Assembly: GCF_006345805.1 (NCBI RefSeq) | Contig: NC_043009.1 | Span: forward strand, 32,860,001 to 32,924,000 | Direction: 5' to 3' | DNA length: 64,000 nucleotides | DNA from: Octopus sinensis | Taxonomy: Eukaryota | Part shown: one piece after another, positions 57,860 through 64,000 of the stretch | How positions within the stretch are numbered: position 1 is the stretch's first letter | Layout: each line of letters begins with the position of its first letter | Notes under the pieces: generated by a model | Databases searched by the model: none | Told to the model about the DNA's origin: nothing | The model's input: the letters and a program-made list of their open reading frames with translations, nothing else | Translations under genes and position numbers: made by a program

Positions 57860-58097
57860 TTGGGACTCCTTTCATCGTAAACCGGTGATTGTCGTGCGCT
57901 GATGTAGGGTCAATACCCAGAAACTGCAGTCCGTGCGTATCACTTAGGTTGACAAGGGAAGGATGACCTCCCTTTGCAAATACCGATAGGGCACAGAAAG
58001 TTTGCCTATAGCCAGCTGGAGGAGATGTTCTCCTGGGGCTACAAGCTACAGTAACACGCCCTCTTAGTGGTTAGCCATATTGAGATGGCAAATATAC
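57860..58097 (+). mobile_element. Short HHR-bearing repeat, distant relative of family A (37835-38100)
   Basis: HHR, then TGACCTCCCTT (57964-57974), TAGCCAGCT..GGGGCTA and a GCCATATTGAGATGGC hairpin (58074-58089). Confidence 0.65.
57893..57937 (+). ncRNA. Type I hammerhead ribozyme fold, C3-G8 core with A9 altered
   Basis: CGUGCG-CUGAUGU-A-GGGU(CAAU)ACCC-A-GAAA-CUGCAG-UC^-CGUGCG. Stem III is the palindrome ACUGCAGU. Stem I extends via GUGAU(57885-57889)/AUCAC(57939-57943). Confidence 0.7.
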
Positions 58098-58277
58098 CTC
58101 TCTCTCTCTCTCACACACACACACACAGATATATATATATATGTAAATACATTCATATATATACACATATATAGGAGAAATAATTAAGATTCAGTTGAAA
58201 CGGTCGTAATACACTGATACCTGGACATCCTTGTTATTTATTTGCTTTATACACACACACCACATATATAATAACAC

Positions 58278-58321
<44 letters not shown>

Positions 58322-58327
58322 TATATA

Positions 58328-58370
<43 letters not shown>

Positions 58371-59271
58371 CTTACTTGGAGAAATAAGAAAGTGACGCGA
58401 GGCGTCAATCATATAAAACAATTTAACAAATAAAACATATGCTTACATACATACGTATATGTACATACTACATCTATATGATATATACATGCATATATAA
58501 TATATATATATTATATATATATATATATATGAGTACAGGACACCACAAATCACGACGAGAAACGGACTTTTTTTAAACAACGAAAAAACAGAGTACAAGA
58601 CAAACAATACAAGGAATATTTCCATTCATCAGCTATCACTGGTTCGACTCAATGTGTGTTTCGGAGGTACAAATATATAAATGTCTGTGTATATGCATGT
58701 ATGTATATACCTCATATGTATACTTATATAAAGCTTATGATGAAAGTTAGGAATTTGTTATCGTTCTTCCCATAAATTAAACCCGACATGCAACACGATT
58801 GCGAAAAGTTAAACATAGTCGTAGTAAGACGCGGTACGATACGATGAAGAAACAATGTTGTAATACACATTTGTGTAAGTTCCACATATAGACCGTATAA
58901 AATTGTCATCAAATAAATGTAACAATAGACAGACGGTTAAGTGAATATTATATTTTAATAAAACCTATTCTCTCTTGGCACGGTTTGTGATATACGGTTT
59001 GTCCATAAAAAGACACATTGAAGAAAAAAAATATATATATATGAAACAGTTTTTATTTTGTTTCGCTTTTATTTCTTTACAAACATAGATGAGAATTTTA
59101 CTTTTAATTTAGAATTCATCTTAGATTTATATCTAGCTCATAATTTTTCAATTGATTTTATTTTTATTTTGGCGCTTAATCTGCTGCGTTTTAATATATG
59201 CAGAAGAAGGTGTGGCTTCGGTGACTAGTTGAGGTAGAATCTGGTGATGTCGAATTCACACACACACATAC

Positions 59272-59310
<39 letters not shown>

Positions 59311-59370
59311 ATATATATATATTATATATATATATATATTATATATATATGTATATATGTATATATATAT

Positions 59371-59601
59371 AAAATTAGAATTTAAGGTATCTAAGAGATA
59401 CCACCACGCTGGAAATAGCAGCCAAAACTTGACTCTAAAACCACATTAAATGTTCATACAGCACCAGGAGAGAAAGAAGTTTATTTTCTCTCTTTGTCTT
59501 GTCTTCTGGTGCTGTATGAACATTTAATGTTGTTTTAGAGTGAAGTTTTAGCTGCTATTTCTAGCGTGGTGGTATCTTTTAGATACCCTAATTATAATTT
59601 T
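59371..59601. repeat. Long inverted repeat (foldback): ~100 bp arms, ~30 nt spacer
   Basis: 59371-59471 is the reverse complement of 59502-59601 with scattered mismatches (e.g. ACATTAAATGTTCATACAGCACCAG / CTGGTGCTGTATGAACATTTAATGT). Confidence 0.9.
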
Positions 59602-60071
59602 AATAATAATTATTACCTTTGAAGGTTTTCATTTCCATGCTGCCCACCTCATAAGATATTTAAATAACGATATTGTACATACATTTATGTGTGTGTGTGT
59701 GTGTGTGTGTTTCTGTATGTTATCTTATATATTAATAGTCTACAATGATTTATTCTGAGTAATGTATGCGTCGACATGTGCACACACTATGGCACATACG
59801 GACAAGCACACATATACAGAAATACAGATATGTTATCGGTTCTCTAAACATATGGCTGTATAAATCATTCTCCCATTGCTCTCTCTTCCACTCTCCTCTT
59901 CCACTTTTGAGTATATGTGTTTGTACGTGTGCCTGCGCACGTGCGTGCTCTTCTGTCTGTGCGCGTGTAAGTACGCGAATATTTCAAGGAAAATTCATTT
60001 AAAATTATACTTTGTCTTTCATTCATATATGTTTATGTATGTAGGTATGTGCCAATGTATGCATATGTACG

Positions 60072-60109
<38 letters not shown>

Positions 60110-60157
60110 CATCTCAACCCACCCTACCCATGTATATATATATATATATATATAATG

Positions 60158-60255
60158 GTGGTTCCGGGTTCAGTCCCTCAGCTCAAAACCTACGATATAC
60201 TCAGTCTAGAGCCTGCTGAGTGAATTTGATAGATGGAAACTGAAAGAACCCCGTC

Positions 60256-60286
<31 letters not shown>

Positions 60287-60287
60287 G

Positions 60288-60326
<39 letters not shown>

Positions 60327-60500
60327 GTATATATGTACACGCACACACACACAGATATATATATATATATGTAAAAGTATATATATTCGTGTCTGTGTAT
60401 GTCTGCGTGTTTGTGTGTGTTTGCGTGTGTGTGTGTGAGTGTGTGTGTGCCTGCGTATTTGTCCCCCACCACCTCATGACAACCAGTGCTGGTGTGTTTG
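60158..60500 (+). mobile_element. Partial copy of the 31684 SINE family
   Basis: GGTTCCGGGTTCAGTCCC, GGAAACTGAAAGAACCCCGTC and GACAACCAGTGCTGGTGTGTTT. Confidence 0.75.
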
Positions 60501-60530
60501 CGTCTCTTCAAGTTAGCGGTTACATATATG

Positions 60531-60564
<34 letters not shown>

Positions 60565-61025
60565 TGTATGTATGTATGTATGTATGTATGTATGTATGTA
60601 TGTATGTATGTATTTACGTATGTATGTATTATACAGTTTGATAGCTAGTTATTCAGTCAGTTAGTTTACTCTCCGTTAAGGTAGTATCAACAAAAAAGTA
60701 CTCCATCAAGTTGACATAAATTTCACTTAATATACACTGCATTAAAATAACAGTCGCTAATAGTTTCTTGCCATTGAGGAACGTAGTTAGCCAGATTTTT
60801 AACATGTACCGGGTCTGAAATCAATCCCTAGACTCTGAGCACGTGGTTTTCTCTAATTGTTAGTTATAAGACTCTGCCTAACTACGTCTCTCATTCGGAA
60901 GAGACTATTAGTAGGTCTTATTTTAATGAAGTGTAAATTAAATTATATATATGTGCGTCTCTCTCTCTCTTCTCTCTCTTTCTCTCTCCCCCTTTGAATA
61001 TACATATATCTACAAATATATATAT

Positions 61026-61057
<32 letters not shown>

Positions 61058-61339
61058 ATATATATAATATATATATATATATATTATATATATATATATA
61101 CATATACATATACACATTTATATATATATATATGTTAATTGTTAACGAGGTAAAAATACACTCATCTATTTATATATATATATATATTATATATATATAT
61201 ACGGAGATGTACTCGCATAGCAAGTAATTTGATCTGAGATCGTGTGCTGAAACGAAAACAATTGCAGCGTGGAAGGTGTTTATAAGCCATTTAAGAAACA
61301 CACAAAAGCCGTTCGATTCACTTCAACATTTAAGTTTAA

Positions 61340-61389
61340 TTTGTCAAAATATTTTCGTCGCTAAAATCCGCGACCTGTTCACTGAAAAA
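61340..61389 (-). ncRNA. Type I hammerhead fold, G3-C8 core variant
   Basis: UUUUUCA-GUGAACA-G-GUCGC(GGAUUUUA)GCGAC-GAAA-AUAU-UU^-UGACAAA: stem I 6/7, stem II 5 bp, palindromic AAUAUU stem III. It lies in a 200 bp fragment between (TA)n tracts. Confidence 0.65.
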
Positions 61390-61869
61390 GTCCGTGCTGC
61401 TGTATATATATATATATACACACACACAGAAATTTATGCGGCGTACTTTATGTCGTTCCTATAGTATTTGCCTTGAGAAAATAACTCTTATATATTTGAC
61501 GCAATAAATGTCAGAGAGAAAAGAAAAAATGAAAGCTGGTCCCAGCTGCGGTTAGCAATTGCACCAAGTGAAACTGGCCTTTTTGAACTTTTTCAATCGT
61601 GAGTACTCGCAGATAGCCTCGTGTTCGGATGAGAATTTGAGAATCTGTGAAAGAGAAAAAAAAATCATAACATCAGTGAAATCTAAATATACGTTACTTT
61701 TTAATTCTATTTGCTTTTTACTTCTATAATCCTATAGCTTAGTTTTTATCTAAAATACATACAGAGTATTTCCTGTTGGTATAAGATTGGTTCCCTTCTA
61801 CACTGTTAGAAGTGAGACCTTAAATTGATTTCTTCCATATTCTAATGGCGGGTGTTTTTTTGTTTTTTA

Positions 61870-62107
61870 CCTTTTACTTGTTTCAATGATTAGACTGCTG
61901 TCATGCTGGGGCACCGCATTTAAGAATTTTTAGTGGAATGAATCGACGCCGGTGCTTATTTTTTTAATGCCTGACACTTATTGTACTGGATTTCTTTTGC
62001 CGAATCGCTTAGTTACGGGAACGTGAACACACCAGAATCGATTGTCAAGAGGTAGTGGGGAAAACACAGACACAAACACACACACGCACACAGATAGACA
62101 GACAGAC

Positions 62108-62162
<55 letters not shown>

Positions 62163-62280
62163 CAGACAGACATAGGACGAGCCTTTGTTTTGTTTCCATG
62201 TACCAAATGTTCTCAAAAGTAGAAGACACCTACCTAAGGTGCCAGGTAGTGGAACTGAACCCGTACCACAAAGCTACGCC
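61870..62280 (-). mobile_element. Diverged copy of the 31684 SINE family with internal (GATA)n
   Basis: CTTTTACTTGTTTCA..CATGCTGGGGCACCGC..GCCGAATCGCTTAGTTACGGG..GTAGAAGACAC..GGAACTGAACCC. Confidence 0.8.
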
Positions 62281-63106
62281 TAAAGATGAAATATAACTGA
62301 CTAACTTCCATACTCTTTTACTGCACCAATGCAGTAGTACTTGGGAATTAAATCGGTGTCAGAATCTCAATGCGTTTAACGGTCATTAATTAAGCCAAAG
62401 GTAGGCATAAGTAAAACTTGATATAAAACTTGGTTTCAGAAATTCTTAATTTAGAATATCCGTTGCAACAATGGACCACATCACTAAACGCATTTATCTG
62501 TTTCAGGCTGAGATGTAATCATTCTGGATTAGTAAATTCCCTTTCATTTCGTGGAGACCATTCAATCAGCGATAATTTTTTTTTTACCGAAATAGCCCTT
62601 GTGCCTACATTCAGAAGTTTGCGCATTAAAATTATTAAAACAGAAAAAAAAATGCTATGATAGTGCCTATAAATATTTAGTACTTATTTACCTGATAAAG
62701 AAGTTCATGGAGGTCAAGAAAATAGAGAGAACTAAGTTACATTATAATAACAACAACAATATAGTAAAACAACGATAATATTGATTATTTTAAGCCATTT
62801 TTCAGGTTGTAGACAAGATATCAATATTTCAATAGAAATAAAATAACACGAATAAAACAGATTATTTCGGTGATTTTAATAATGATAATATTGGTTTCTT
62901 TTTTCTGTTGCTGTTTCTAGGAGAACAAGCTATTTGAGATGTAATGAAAGTTTCCAAAATATAGTTCGTTTCTCTTTTCTTTTTTTTTTTTTCTAATTTT
63001 ATTGAAATAAACAAAAAATGTTGCATTATCTGAGCCTCACAGATAGAAAATGAGTGTCTATAAAAAGCTGTTAGTCACAACTTTTGAATTCGCTATTTTT
63101 TCTGAC

Positions 63107-63279
63107 CAGGTTCTTTTCTGTAATTGGATAGACGTATCCCAGTTTGACAGAGGTGTGCGGCAGACGTGGAACTGAGTATGTTGGAAACTGGGGCGAAAGG
63201 ACGTTTTTCCACATAGGACGCGTATGATGTGATATTCTGTTCTCCTTCTTTGCAGGCGGCAGTGAACGACTTTATCACC
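63107..63279 (-). CDS. Candidate internal exon, 173 nt (VIKSFTAACKEGEQNITSYASYVEKRPFAPVSNILSSTSAAHLCQTGIRLSNYRKEP), unknown product
   Basis: GC-richer unique island. A perfect TACTAAC branch point (63291-63297) precedes tttgttattag|, with a weaker donor G|gtcaga. Two minus-strand frames are open and plus-strand readings are also possible. Confidence 0.3.
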
Positions 63280-64000
63280 CTAATAACAAAGTTAGTACTA
63301 CTGTTTGGACATTTAAATAGCAAGACATAGCAGCTAGGTATTCTTAAATGGACCTTCTTTTACTACAGAATGTACTTATTGAATTATGTAATCCTACACA
63401 TATCACTCGAAACACAGGATGGTCACTGATGGAAAGCTTTTGACAATAGGTCTGCATGAACAGGAATGAGATGGGCCTAAACAACAATGACACCCATGAT
63501 TATATATTCTTAACGAAGCAACATATAATGTATATCGAGGCAATCCTTCTTGTTATTCACGTTCTCTGATCAAATGTTGGCAAGATCAGTTTTACTGTTC
63601 GACATACCGGTGGTGTGGATAAATCTACGAAATTGGTAAAATGTGAACCATTTTAATTATTGATACACCGCAGTGTGTTGTTTTATATTTCACGAGAAGA
63701 ACAGAAGAGTCGATGAATATTCTTATGGTGTCTCGACACGCAATAGAAGAAGTGAACGGAGAAGGCAGTCATGGTTATGGTAGAATTAAACCGATTGTTG
63801 CATCAGGTTTACTAAGCAACAAGAGAACTTATTTCTCTGATCTTCCTTCCAGATTCTGTCTATGGAATTTTTCTACCAAACCAAGGGTATTGTACAACAT
63901 GTACTCTTAAAGTTGGCGTAGCGGAATACTACGTCCAGGAATCAACTTTGTAAGACGTTAACTGCTTAACTGCAATAAATGTTGCTAATATTAAATGAAA

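Noticed and set aside
58610-58670. Minus-strand GAAAC...GUC...CUGAUGA order suggesting a type II hammerhead (similar at 54510-54560)
   Set aside because: No stem I hairpin can form between the putative cleavage site and CUGAUGA in these copies.
63256-63290. Plus-strand 35-nt exon candidate (ttctccttctttgcag|...AAA|gttagt)
   Set aside because: It overlaps the minus-strand candidate and cannot be distinguished without transcripts; noted as an alternative only.

Overview
AT-rich, microsatellite-saturated eukaryotic DNA. The (TA)n/(CA)n/(TAA)n load and the SINE families match what I recall of octopus (coleoid cephalopod) genomes; this is an inference. Almost all ORF-track entries are microsatellite artefacts and I recognise no intact named gene. 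The window reads as intronic/intergenic DNA with at most a few candidate exons. It holds several tRNA-derived SINE families, R4/Dong and CR1/L2-type LINE fragments, two Penelope-like (PLE) relics, a 1.3 kb ORF1-only L1/Tx1-like insertion with TSD, an 8-bp-TSD hAT-type MITE and a very decayed, possibly Sola-like DNA transposase. The main hidden signal is at least seven type-I hammerhead-ribozyme (HHR) folds in short non-coding repeats (9306, 10523, 27387, 37997, 50435, 57893, 61340). They use three different Watson-Crick pairs at core positions 3-8 (C-G, U-A, G-C). Two pairs of distant relatives keep the fold while the sequence changes, and one HHR lies in a ~340 bp direct-repeat-bounded unit, suggesting a diverse retrozyme/PLE-derived self-cleaving RNA system. 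All alignments and folds were done by eye.
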